The translations under genes and the position numbers were made by a program. Shown piece by piece: positions 17,580-25,774 of a stretch of 51,929 nucleotides of DNA. The notes under the pieces were generated by a model. It did not search any database and was not told the origin of the DNA. It saw only the letters and a list, made by a program, of their open reading frames with translations. Every line of letters starts with the position of its first letter. Within the stretch, counting starts at the first letter, position 1. The DNA is from an uncultured Rhodospirillaceae bacterium (GTDB taxonomy: Bacteria; Pseudomonadota; Alphaproteobacteria; CAAGCB01; CAG-977): NCBI GenBank assembly GCA_900553035.1, contig USCC01000003.1:1-51929 (forward strand). The letters are read 5' to 3'.

Positions 17580-17603
17580 AGGCGGTAAAAACACCGCCTT
17601 TTT
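17580..17603. terminator. Bidirectional intrinsic terminator
   Basis: aggcggt-aaaaac-accgcct followed by tttt. Sits between convergent genes ending at 17569 and 17602. Confidence 0.75.
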
Positions 17604-17883
17604 AAATTTGTCCGATAACTGTTAATTTTAAAATACCGTCCTTGTAAAAAGAAGCCTTCCACTGATCTAGACGAGACTGTTTGAGGAGACGCTCAAACTT
17701 AATCAGATACGTTTCCGAATTTTTTTCAAAAAAGTCTGCTGTGTTTATTTCGGCATAGGAAATTAAAGAAGAAAGGCTATTTTTCATGAGGCGTTCAAAA
17801 ACATCCAGCAGATATTCGCGTTCACTTTTATTGACTGTGTCGTTCGTGACATCAAGTATATCAACTGCTTTTAAAGCTCTCAT
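17602..17883 (-). CDS. Hypothetical protein (93 aa), AT-rich
   Basis: Intact ORF with plausible helical composition. No family recognised. Confidence 0.45.
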   Translation of the reverse strand: MRALKAVDILDVTNDTVNKSEREYLLDVFERLMKNSLSSLISYAEINTADFFEKNSETYLIKFERLLKQSRLDQWKASFYKDGILKLTVIGQI

Positions 17884-17979
17884 GTTTTGCTCCTTTTTCG
17901 TTATTGTGTCGATATGTTCATTGACGCTCCGTTCGTGACCGAAGTCCAGTCATTTCGAGAGGGAAACGAAAGAAAGGTG

Positions 17980-18066
17980 AGAGTCTAAAAAGAGATGTAA
18001 AAAGTGCTCTAAAAGGTCTTTAATTATTATGATTTTGCCGGTCTAAAAATGATTGTCGCGCTACAA
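17980..18066 (-). repeat. Three reverse-oriented copies of a second end-repeat variant (TTTTTAGAC type), ending ...CGCGCTACA
   Basis: gtctaaaaag (17984-), ctctaaaagg (18008-), gtctaaaaatgattgtcgcgctaca (18042-18066). The reverse complement of the last, TGTAGCGCGACAATCATTTTTAGAC, matches 16 of 25 positions of 18183-18207. Confidence 0.4.
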
Positions 18067-18178
18067 AAACGCAGGATAGTTTTAATCTAATTCTATCCTA
18101 CGTTTTGGGTATCAATGAACCGTCTGAAAAAAGTTAAAACTAAGTTGCGTTTCGGTTAAAACTATCTTGCGCGCTACA
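18062..18178 (-). repeat. attR-like array of the GATAGTTTTAAC-type repeat (one forward and three reverse copies, contiguous)
   Basis: Forward copy 18067-18085. Reverse copies 18091-18108 (forms a 14-bp-arm palindrome with the forward copy), 18133-18153 and 18157-18178 (terminal, ends CA). Confidence 0.5.
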
Positions 18179-18182
18179 ACAG

Positions 18183-18353
18183 TGTTATTTAACAGTTATA
18201 TTTAGACTAAACGGGATAGAATGGGATATACGGGGATATAACGGGATAAGGGCGGAGTTCGTGGGATTTTGATGGTGTGAAAATTTTTTTGCGCGGAATA
18301 TCTTTTTAGACTGATTTCCAAAGATTGACATTTATTTTTAGACTAATAAAGAG
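18183..18353 (+). repeat. attL-like array of main prophage: three direct TTTAGAC-type repeats
   Basis: TGTTATTTAACAGTTATATTTAGAC (18183-18207, starts TG), gcgcggaatatctttttagac (18291-18311), ttgacatttatttttagac (18333-18351). Same one-gap-two architecture as 16120-16301. Confidence 0.45.
18213..18252 (+). repeat. Four phased 10-bp GGGATA repeats (paralogue of 16158-16197)
   Basis: gggatagaat gggatatacg gggatataac gggataaggg. Shares the exact 18-mer ggggatataacgggataa with the first block. Confidence 0.8.
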
Positions 18354-18375
18354 CCGGATTTTTTATCCGGCTCTT
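18350..18375. terminator. Intrinsic terminator ending the repressor operon
   Basis: agagccgga-ttttttat-ccggctct, 4 nt beyond the stop of the 111-aa gene on the minus strand. Confidence 0.7.
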
Positions 18376-18378
18376 ACG

Positions 18379-18714
18379 TTAATTGAAACTCTTTTCAATT
18401 TCGTTAAGATGATCCAAAACGTCATCATACTGTTTACAAGGTATTTTACGCAGCGTTTCGTAGCGGAACTTTCCTTTCAGGTGTTTATAAAGTTCGCTTT
18501 TGCTGATTTTTCCGCCTTTTGCAATCCGGTTGACGCGTTCATTTAAAGCTGTCCTTTGAGGCGTGGATATACGACAAGCTGGATCTGTTGTCATAATTTT
18601 GACCGAAGCAGAAACAGCTCCGAATAAAAACGCAAAAATGATGAAATTACGGACGAAAAGGAATGTTTTTCTTTTACCTATAAGCTCTCGGAGTTCTTGT
18701 ACGTCTGTTTTCAT
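18379..18714 (-). CDS. Membrane-anchored protein with ORF6C-like C-terminal domain, co-transcribed with repressor
   Basis: 111 aa. TM helix FLFVRNFIIFAFLFGAVSASV. The C-terminus ISTPQRTALNERVNRIAKGGKISKSELYKHLKGKFRYETLRKIPCKQYDDVLDHL resembles the ORF6C domain pattern of phage regulators. Confidence 0.6.
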   Translation of the reverse strand: MKTDVQELRELIGKRKTFLFVRNFIIFAFLFGAVSASVKIMTTDPACRISTPQRTALNERVNRIAKGGKISKSELYKHLKGKFRYETLRKIPCKQYDDVLDHLNEIEKSFN

Positions 18715-18768
18715 GTTTTTCCTTTCAGTTTAGATATAACTAAAAGGATATAATGTCTTTTAGAAAGA

Positions 18769-19218
18769 TTATCCGGCAGATTTAAGAATTTCCATTAAAT
18801 CAATGATTTCCGCTTTTTCACTTTCTTTCTGCAGTCCGTTCGCCCGCTTTTTTGTCATGTAGGCATAAATTTTTGTGCATATCAGAGCTTTTTGTTCGGG
18901 GTTATCCCAGCGTAATTCGCGGTCGACCAATTCAATGACATCTTTTAACAGATCCGCATCAACAGCATCAGGGTTATATTTCACCGCCGATTCAGGAGGT
19001 TCTTTCCCGGTTGCCAGCCAATTTAGAGAAACATCCGCCAATTCTGCAAGTTTAGTAGATATTAAAAGTTTTGGTTCTGCATCTCCGGTCATATAACTGG
19101 ATATGGAACGTACAGAAACGCCTAAGGCAAGGCTCGCCGCCTTTTGTCCGCCAATTTTTTTTACAGCGGCAGCGATTCGTTCTTTTAAATCACTTTTTTG
19201 ATTGCTTTCGGAGTTCAT
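18769..19218 (-). CDS. Prophage repressor (Mu c analogue), XRE-type HTH
   Basis: HTH GGQKAASLALGVSVRSISSYMTGDAEPK. Divergent from ner, the position expected for a Mu-like c repressor. Confidence 0.8.
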   Translation of the reverse strand: MNSESNQKSDLKERIAAAVKKIGGQKAASLALGVSVRSISSYMTGDAEPKLLISTKLAELADVSLNWLATGKEPPESAVKYNPDAVDADLLKDVIELVDRELRWDNPEQKALICTKIYAYMTKKRANGLQKESEKAEIIDLMEILKSAG

Positions 19219-19234
19219 TACCGCAACTCCGAAA
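19206..19234. promoter_or_regulatory. Candidate operator: inverted repeat TTTCGGAGTT-N9-AACTCCGAAA overlapping the repressor start codon
   Basis: 10-bp arms at 19206-19215 and 19225-19234. A third AACTCCGAAA copy at 19316-19325, each followed by (GA)TGAA. Confidence 0.45.
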
Positions 19235-19445
19235 AAAAGATGAACTTTTCATCGTCAAAAAAAGAAGATAAATTCATTTTAAAATCAATACGTTGATATT
19301 TTTTCACAAAAAACAAACTCCGAAATGAATTTTTCTTCTTTACATGATGAAGAAAACTTCCTATTTTAATTATACAAAGTTAATTTAACACCCCAGAAAA
19401 AACCGACTTGGCAGAGTCGGTCAGAATGGAGGACGGAGACACGTT

Positions 19446-19727
19446 ATGAGATACACAGCCGTACAGATCAAATGCAAAATCCTTCTTAAAGGAATGACGT
19501 TAAAAAGTCTGTCCCTAAAAGCCGGATTATCTGCCAGATCCTGTTCAGTCGCTCTCATCAAGCCTTTCCCGGCCGCTGAAGAAGCTATCGCCGAATTTTT
19601 AGGCATACCTGCCCAAAAACTTTGGCCAAGCCGCTTTAATGCGGACGGGAGCCGCAAATGTTCCCGACTCTCTAAATATAAGGGGATTCGTATTTTTCGG
19701 CAATGTCAAAACGACAAGGCCGCTTAA
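19446..19727 (+). CDS. ner: Ner-like DNA-binding protein
   Basis: LKGMTLKSLSLKAGLSARSCSVAL...AIAEFLGIPAQKLWPSRF matches the Ner/Nlp family, including the conserved IWPSRY-like end. Confidence 0.8.
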   Translation: MRYTAVQIKCKILLKGMTLKSLSLKAGLSARSCSVALIKPFPAAEEAIAEFLGIPAQKLWPSRFNADGSRKCSRLSKYKGIRIFRQCQNDKAA

Positions 19728-19768
19728 ACAAAGAATTTTTTGACGTAACAAATTCAAAAGGAGGAAAA

Positions 19769-20098
19769 ATGACCGAATACATTTCAGAAGAAAATGAAAA
19801 AACGATACGCAATCTTCTCGCATCATGCAAGAAAGCTGTTCCGGGCGTTGTTTTTAAAATCAGAGATACGGAAGAACTTGTCATAAAAAGCAGTGATATT
19901 GATGAAATTATCACGGCGATTGACGGCGGAGACGAAGAAATCGGCATTAATGCTTTCGGACAGGATGGAAAAATACTCGGCTGGTTCGGCATTCTGCCGT
20001 ATGAAGCGACAGACATTGTATTTGACTATTCCGCCAATGCGTTTTGCGACAGTGTGATGGAATGCGTCGAGGAAGTATCTGACGATAACGCTTATTAA
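19769..20098 (+). CDS. Hypothetical early protein
   Basis: AGGAGG RBS before ATG 19769, so the track start 19703 is unlikely. Acidic 109-aa protein. Confidence 0.55.
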   Translation: MTEYISEENEKTIRNLLASCKKAVPGVVFKIRDTEELVIKSSDIDEIITAIDGGDEEIGINAFGQDGKILGWFGILPYEATDIVFDYSANAFCDSVMECVEEVSDDNAY

Positions 20099-20114
20099 AT
20101 TAAAGGTTAAAGCG

Positions 20115-20579
20115 ATGTCAAAGAGCTTCAAAGACACACAGACGCTTGATTTATTTGAACAGGTTTATCCTGTGCGCAGACCGCCGGTGATCTCCCACAC
20201 CGTTGATTTGAGCGGCAAGATTAAGCGTTTGGTGTCTTTGATTCTGAAAGAGAGCCCTAAAAGCAGAGAGCAGCTGGCTGCAGAAATGGCTGAAGCTATG
20301 GATTGCCCGTCTTTTAGTAAAGCGATGCTGGATAATTATTCCAGCGAAGCCAACGAGCTCCATCAAATCCCGCTATATCGTTTTATCGTCCTTGTCCGCG
20401 TTGCTCAAGCTGCATGGGCATGGGATGAACTTTTAAAAGACGATGGTTATACGGTTCTTTTCGGCGAAGAGGCTCTTTTCGCCGAACGAGGGCGCGTTCA
20501 ACAGCAGATTGAAGAACTGCGTAAGTATCAAAAAGAACTGGAAAAGTCTGCTCCGGTCAAAATCAGGAGGCGGTTATGA
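20115..20579 (+). CDS. Hypothetical early protein (154 aa)
   Basis: ORF ends in an ATGA-type overlap with the transposase start. No family recognised. Confidence 0.6.
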   Translation: MSKSFKDTQTLDLFEQVYPVRRPPVISHTVDLSGKIKRLVSLILKESPKSREQLAAEMAEAMDCPSFSKAMLDNYSSEANELHQIPLYRFIVLVRVAQAAWAWDELLKDDGYTVLFGEEALFAERGRVQQQIEELRKYQKELEKSAPVKIRRRL

Positions 20580-22645
20580 AAGAGTGGTTGTCTCCTTTGG
20601 AATTAGCAAATTTAGAACTTCCGAATTTTCCAAGAACAGAACGCGGAGTTCAGACAAAGGCCGCCCGTGAACATTGGCAATCTCGTCCCCGATGCGGTCG
20701 CGGCGGCGGCAAAGAATACAACGTATCGAGTTTACCGGCTAAGGCTAAAGAAGAATTGGCGCGGCGGTCTTTGTCAAGCGTTCCCGAACGCCGTTCAAAG
20801 GCCGTGATAGAACATCCCGACGACGCCGATTTATCCGAAGCCAAAGCATGGCAGCGTGAAACGGCGGAAGCGCGCGCGGCGGTTTTGGACGCGATTGACA
20901 ATCTGGCGGTAACGTGCGGGAAAAACAACGCGATTAAAGCCGTTTTAAACGGGCTTAAAAACGGAAGATTGGAACCGTCCTTCATTGAACTGATCCGCAA
21001 AGCGAACGCAAAGGCCGGCGAAACGATCAAACTTTCCCGCGCCAGCTTGTTTAACTGGTACAAACTGCGTGAAACGGCGGGTTTAAAAGGGTTGATGCCC
21101 ACCCCTGCGAAAGATGAACAGATCGTTGCTCCCGAATGGTTTGAAGCCTTTGCCCGTTTGTATTTCAGACCGCAAAAACCGTCATTAAATTCCTGCATTG
21201 AAATTCTGCAGGAAAATATGCCCGCACTTGCCCCCAGTTACAGGCAGGCCAAGTTTTACCTTGAAAAAATCGGCAAACTGCTGGCGAACAAGGGACGCGT
21301 CGGGGCGCGTGAGGGTAAAGCTTTTCGGGCTTATGTTTCCCGCGACGTATCGCATTTATGGCCGGGGGCGATTTATTGCGCTGACGGTCATACGTTTGAT
21401 GCGGAAATCGCGCACCCGATCCACGGCAAGCCGTTCCGTCCCGAAGTCACAACGATTATAGACGTTTATACCAGAAAAGCCGTCGGGTTCAGTTTGAATA
21501 TCGTTGAATCGACTGCGTCCGTTATGGACAGCTTGATACACGCGGTGACGACCAACGGCGTTCCCGATGTGTTTTACGTTGACAACGGGAACGGCTTTAA
21601 TAATACGACCGTAGATATGTTCTGCGCCCGTTTGGGCATCACGAAAAAGAACAGTATCGCCTACAATTCCCAAGCGCGCGGCGTGATTGAACGTCTGCAC
21701 CAGACGATTTGGGTCAAGGCGGCGAAAATGCTTCCGACTTACATGGGCAAACCGATGGATCCGGAAGCCAAGCAAAAGGTTTTTCATATTAACCGACGTG
21801 AAGTCAAACAAGACGGACGCAGTCGCCTTCTCCCCGATTGGCGGGGATTTGTGGCTTATTGCGAACGGTGCTTTGCCGCCTATAACGACCACCCGCATTC
21901 TTTTTTGCCGATTATTATTGATTCTGAAACAGGCAAAAAACGTCATATGACGCCGAACGAAGCTTGGGAAGCCGGCAATCCGGAATTTCCCGATTACCGT
22001 CCCGACGTGCTGACACCTGCGGAAATTGATGACCTGTCGCGTCCGTATGTTGTGCGTAAATGCTCCCGCTGTTTGGTCAGCCTGTTTAACAACGTGTACG
22101 GTTCGCATCTGCTGACGCATTATCACGACGAACAGGTTGCCGTCGGTTTCGACATTCATGATGCATCAAAGGTTTGGGTGCGCGAATGGGACGGGAAACT
22201 TCCGGGACGTTTAATCTGCGTTGCGCGATTTGAAGAAAATAAACGTGCCTTTATGCCTGTCGCCTATGACGACAAGAAAAAACTTGAACGGGCTCAAGGA
22301 CGGCTTGCACGTCTTGATGAACAGCAAAAAGAAGTTTTGGAAGAATTGGGACAAAGATATCTGCCCGCTCCCGAAGCTGCGCCCGTGACGGCGGAGGAAG
22401 CCGCCAAAAACGAAGAATTTTTAAAAGAATTTGAGGCTGAACAGAACGCTCGGCCCGTTGCCGATATCGATACGCCTGCGGCTCGGTTCCGCAAGGCCGT
22501 CGCTCTCCGGCAAAAACTAGAAAACGGGGAAGATATTCCCGAAGAAGACCGCCGTTGGTTCGTCAAATATTCCGAATATCCCGAATATCAGCAACGTATG
22601 GATTTTGAAGAGGATTTCGGGCTGGAAGCGGCCATTACGGCATAA
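20576..22645 (+). CDS. Mu-type DDE transposase (MuA homologue)
   Basis: 689 aa. N-terminal Mu-end/enhancer-binding-like HTH (MKEWLSPLELANL...). rve-type core with CADGHTFD, FYVDNGNGF and GVIERLHQTIW (D, D, E). Confidence 0.92.
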   Translation: MKEWLSPLELANLELPNFPRTERGVQTKAAREHWQSRPRCGRGGGKEYNVSSLPAKAKEELARRSLSSVPERRSKAVIEHPDDADLSEAKAWQRETAEARAAVLDAIDNLAVTCGKNNAIKAVLNGLKNGRLEPSFIELIRKANAKAGETIKLSRASLFNWYKLRETAGLKGLMPTPAKDEQIVAPEWFEAFARLYFRPQKPSLNSCIEILQENMPALAPSYRQAKFYLEKIGKLLANKGRVGAREGKAFRAYVSRDVSHLWPGAIYCADGHTFDAEIAHPIHGKPFRPEVTTIIDVYTRKAVGFSLNIVESTASVMDSLIHAVTTNGVPDVFYVDNGNGFNNTTVDMFCARLGITKKNSIAYNSQARGVIERLHQTIWVKAAKMLPTYMGKPMDPEAKQKVFHINRREVKQDGRSRLLPDWRGFVAYCERCFAAYNDHPHSFLPIIIDSETGKKRHMTPNEAWEAGNPEFPDYRPDVLTPAEIDDLSRPYVVRKCSRCLVSLFNNVYGSHLLTHYHDEQVAVGFDIHDASKVWVREWDGKLPGRLICVARFEENKRAFMPVAYDDKKKLERAQGRLARLDEQQKEVLEELGQRYLPAPEAAPVTAEEAAKNEEFLKEFEAEQNARPVADIDTPAARFRKAVALRQKLENGEDIPEEDRRWFVKYSEYPEYQQRMDFEEDFGLEAAITA

Positions 22646-22694
22646 AAAGGGCGGCGTCCTTTCCGACAACCGCCAACCACAAAACAAAGGAAGA

Positions 22695-23438
22695 ATGACA
22701 AAAATGAATGATACTGTCAAGAATACAATCGCCCCGCTGCGCAACGTGGCACTTTTGAACGAACTGGTATACCGCGTTAAAAACCGCGATTACGGTCTGC
22801 CCGGCATGGCGACCTTTTACGGGTTTTCCGGATACGGAAAGACGTTCGCGGCGATTTATGCGGCGAACAAGCACAAAGCCTATCACGTCCAAGTCAAAAG
22901 CGTGTGGACGCCGAAAAAGCTCTGCGCTTCGATTTTGGGAGAAATGGGCATTCAGCCCGCTTACACAATCCCCGACATGATGGATCAGATCGGCGAAGAA
23001 CTCTCGCTTTCCCAGCGTCCTTTAATCATAGATGAAGCGGATTTCTTGGTTCAAAAGCGTATGATCGAAGTCGTCCGCGATATTTACGAAAGTTCACAGG
23101 CGGCCATCATTTTGATCGGCGAAGAAGCCATGCCGGTCAAACTTCAAAAATGGGAACGTGTGCACGGCCGGATGCTGGACTGGGCAGCGGCACAGCCGGC
23201 TTCAATCGACGATGTGAAACACCTGGCAAAACTGTATGCAAACGGCGTTACGGTCGAGCAAGACCTATGCGAAAAAATCCTGAAAGAAAGCGCGGGTTCC
23301 GTGCGCCGCGTTTGCGTCAACCTTGACCGCGTGCGTGAATTTGCAATGACAAAAGGGTTAAAAACAGTCGGTTCGGCTGATTATCAGCGCGATTTCTTTA
23401 CAGGCATGCCGCCGATGGCGCGGAAAGCGGGGCTGTGA
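22695..23438 (+). CDS. MuB-like AAA+ transposition ATPase
   Basis: Walker A GFSGYGKTFAA and Walker B PLIIDEADFL. Start at ATG 22695 behind aaaggaag. Lies directly after the transposase. Confidence 0.85.
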   Translation: MTKMNDTVKNTIAPLRNVALLNELVYRVKNRDYGLPGMATFYGFSGYGKTFAAIYAANKHKAYHVQVKSVWTPKKLCASILGEMGIQPAYTIPDMMDQIGEELSLSQRPLIIDEADFLVQKRMIEVVRDIYESSQAAIILIGEEAMPVKLQKWERVHGRMLDWAAAQPASIDDVKHLAKLYANGVTVEQDLCEKILKESAGSVRRVCVNLDRVREFAMTKGLKTVGSADYQRDFFTGMPPMARKAGL

Positions 23439-24022
23439 TGGCAAACAAACCGATACACTTGCGCATGAAAGCCAAAAACCCCTGCGGCCGCCAAGCAATG
23501 TGGGAAGCGATCAGGGCAAATAAAGACGGATTTACAATAACGGAACTGGCAAACAACTTCAGCGATTTAAAAAGGGCGACTTTAGAAACATATGTCCATT
23601 CTTTGCTTAAAGGCGGCTATCTGGAAAGTTCCGTTCCTCAGCGTTTTAAAGCGTCTGTTTTCAAGCTGATTAAAGACGTCGGGGTTAATGCTCCGCGCCT
23701 TGATAAACAGGGAAAAGAAGTTATGCAAGGAAGAGGCAATGAACAGATGTGGTTGGCGATGAAACGCCTGAAGTCTTTCAGATGTCAAGAACTGATAGGA
23801 ATAGCATCAACCGAAGAAACGCTGATTTCTTTAGCTACAGCAAAAACTTATGTTGAAACGTTATGCCGCGCCGGGTATCTGCGCCGCATTGAGGCCGGCA
23901 GATACGCTTTTATCGCTTCGAAAAACACTGGTGCGAAAGCTCCGATGATCCAGCGATTAAAAACCGTATTCGATCCGAATTTGCAAAAGATCGTCTGGCA
24001 ACAGGAGGCAAGCGATGACTGA
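23438..24022 (+). CDS. Hypothetical early protein, two winged-helix-like repeats
   Basis: TGATG overlap with the MuB-like stop. Internal duplication suggested by ...FTITELA...TYVHSLLKGGYL and ...LISLATAKTYVETLCRAGYL. Confidence 0.55.
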   Translation: MANKPIHLRMKAKNPCGRQAMWEAIRANKDGFTITELANNFSDLKRATLETYVHSLLKGGYLESSVPQRFKASVFKLIKDVGVNAPRLDKQGKEVMQGRGNEQMWLAMKRLKSFRCQELIGIASTEETLISLATAKTYVETLCRAGYLRRIEAGRYAFIASKNTGAKAPMIQRLKTVFDPNLQKIVWQQEASDD

Positions 24023-24332
24023 TTGGATTTCCGAATTAAAAGCCGAATGCGCCAAGACTTCTCAAGCCAAAGTCGCCAAAGAAATGGGCTATTCCGCCGC
24101 GACGATCAGCCTTGTTTTAAAAGGGCGGTATGCAGGCGATTTAAGTGCCGTTGAACGCACGTTTAACGGATGCTTTAAAAACGCTTTGCTGGTTTGCCCC
24201 GTCTTGGGCGAACTGTCCGTCGACCGATGCGTTCGTTATCAAAAACAAAAATTTTCGGCCGTTAATCCTCAGCGCGTGGCTCTTTATAAAGCCTGCCGCA
24301 ACGGCTGTCCCCACTTTAAAAAAGGAGAATGA
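24015..24332 (+). CDS. HTH DNA-binding protein (early)
   Basis: AGGAGG RBS. TSQAKVAKEMGYSAATISLVLKG is HTH-like, and the C-terminal half is Cys-rich. Confidence 0.6.
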   Translation: MTDWISELKAECAKTSQAKVAKEMGYSAATISLVLKGRYAGDLSAVERTFNGCFKNALLVCPVLGELSVDRCVRYQKQKFSAVNPQRVALYKACRNGCPHFKKGE

Positions 24333-24335
24333 AAA

Positions 24336-24632
24336 ATGCCTTTGAACACGACTTTATCGCAACGGATTTTCGGCGTGATTTCAATGCTGACCCGCGAATA
24401 CGGGCAAGAACCGCAAGGCTTTATTCCGCCGTCAATAATGGACAGAGAAATCAAAAAGCTGACCCGCATCAAAAACGAAGTCGCCGTTTTGGAAAACGAG
24501 CTTTCCGACAAAGCCGGCGTATCCAAAGAAACCGTCGCGGTCGCCGTTCGCCTGCGTCATCTGGGCGTTGTTTCCGGGACAGATTTTATAAAAGGAAATA
24601 ATGACGATGAACCGCCTCCGGCAGCTGCTTAG
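24336..24632 (+). CDS. Hypothetical early protein (98 aa)
   Basis: AGGAG lies 9 nt upstream of ATG 24336. The alternative frame 24329-24601 is Arg-rich and starts too close to the RBS. Confidence 0.5.
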   Translation: MPLNTTLSQRIFGVISMLTREYGQEPQGFIPPSIMDREIKKLTRIKNEVAVLENELSDKAGVSKETVAVAVRLRHLGVVSGTDFIKGNNDDEPPPAAA

Positions 24633-24689
24633 ATTTTGGATTTTTTTACTGACTTACAAACCACCAATCAGAGAAAGGAAACACTGAAA

Positions 24690-25001
24690 ATGCAAGAAAC
24701 AACAAGACAGACGGCTGTAGAAGCCGTCAATAAACACGATTTTTTGTTTTTAATCGCCGGAACGCGAGGCGAAGACGGAAGTTATGACACGCGCCGAATA
24801 ATCGAAGGAAAAATAGGCGAGCTGGCTATTCCTTTAGCAGATGCATTAAAAGACAACTCAAGCCTTGAAAACTACGTCCTTAAAATACGTATGCAAGAGA
24901 AAATCCCGGAAATATTACACGGATTAGCGGATGCTCTGTCCGAGGGTTTGGTCGAGAAAAACAGCAAACAGAAAGAGAAAGGAGAAACCGAAAATGAATG
25001 A
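24690..25001 (+). CDS. Hypothetical early protein
   Basis: ATG 24690 follows aaaggaaa. Ends overlapping the DUF3164 start. Confidence 0.5.
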   Translation: MQETTRQTAVEAVNKHDFLFLIAGTRGEDGSYDTRRIIEGKIGELAIPLADALKDNSSLENYVLKIRMQEKIPEILHGLADALSEGLVEKNSKQKEKGETENE

Positions 25002-25617
25002 ACAGACTAACACAATCCCGGCGGGGTACATGCAGGATGCAGCAGGACGGCTTGTCCCCGAAAGCATTATCAAGCCGACGGAAAAGCTGGAAGACCAGCT
25101 GGTGCATAAAATAATGGACTTTGCCCGGGCGTTGTCGGATCAAATTGCCCGCTTTAAGGGCCACACGGGCGACGACATTGCCGCTTATTTATCGCTGATT
25201 GACGAGAAATACGGCGTCAAAAAAGGCGGACGCAAAGGAAACATGACGTTTCAGACGTATGACGGCCTGAAAAAGGTTCAGGTTGCTATTTCTGAAAACA
25301 TCGTTTTCGGCGCGGAACTGCAAACCGCGAAAACGCTGATCGACGAGTGCATTAACGCCTGGGGTGCGGACAGCCGCCCGGAAATCGTCACGCTGATTGA
25401 TCATGCTTTCCAAGTGGACAAAGAAGGCAAAATCAACCGCAACGCCCTGTTGTCGCTCCGCCGTTTGGACATCAAAGACGAAACGTGGCAACGCGCCATG
25501 CAGGCGATTACGGACAGCATCAGAATCGACGGTTCAAAACTGTATTACCGCTTTTACGAACGGGACACGGCGGAATCCCCGTGGCGGGCAGTTACAGTCG
25601 ATCTGGCCAAAGCATAA
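24994..25617 (+). CDS. DUF3164-family protein (conserved in Mu-like phages)
   Basis: IPAGYMQDAAGRLVPESII..., KKGGRKGNMTFQTYDG, LLSLRRLDIKDETWQRAMQAITDS fit my recollection of the DUF3164 pattern. Confidence 0.7.
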   Translation: MNEQTNTIPAGYMQDAAGRLVPESIIKPTEKLEDQLVHKIMDFARALSDQIARFKGHTGDDIAAYLSLIDEKYGVKKGGRKGNMTFQTYDGLKKVQVAISENIVFGAELQTAKTLIDECINAWGADSRPEIVTLIDHAFQVDKEGKINRNALLSLRRLDIKDETWQRAMQAITDSIRIDGSKLYYRFYERDTAESPWRAVTVDLAKA

Positions 25618-25627
25618 AGGAAAAACG

Positions 25628-25774
25628 ATGAGAATATTTTTGCATTATCTCTGCATTGCCGCCGCTCTGGCATTGATCGGCTACACGTTCTACGTCGAAC
25701 GCCAAGTCGTCGCCGCGACCGAGCGCGTCAACGCCACAACCGCGGAACTGAGAATAAAAGCGGAATTAGACTGA
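25628..25774 (+). CDS. Small membrane protein (48 aa)
   Basis: aaaggaaaaacg precedes ATG 25628. One TM helix (IFLHYLCIAAALALIGYTFYV). The upstream part of the track ORF is out-of-context overlap. Confidence 0.45.
   Translation: MRIFLHYLCIAAALALIGYTFYVERQVVAATERVNATTAELRIKAELD

Larger units (their letters stand above)
16120..18178 (+). mobile_element. Mini-Mu-like element (internally deleted Mu-like prophage or satellite) carrying com-dam
   Basis: Termini TGTAAGACGAAAGATAGTTTTA (16120-16141) and the reverse complement of 18157-18178 (TGTAGCGCGCAAGATAGTTTTA) match at 18 of 22 positions, giving TG...CA ends. The left end has one terminal site plus two internal sites; the right end has contiguous sites. 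Flanks are ACAGC and ACAGT. Confidence 0.45.
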
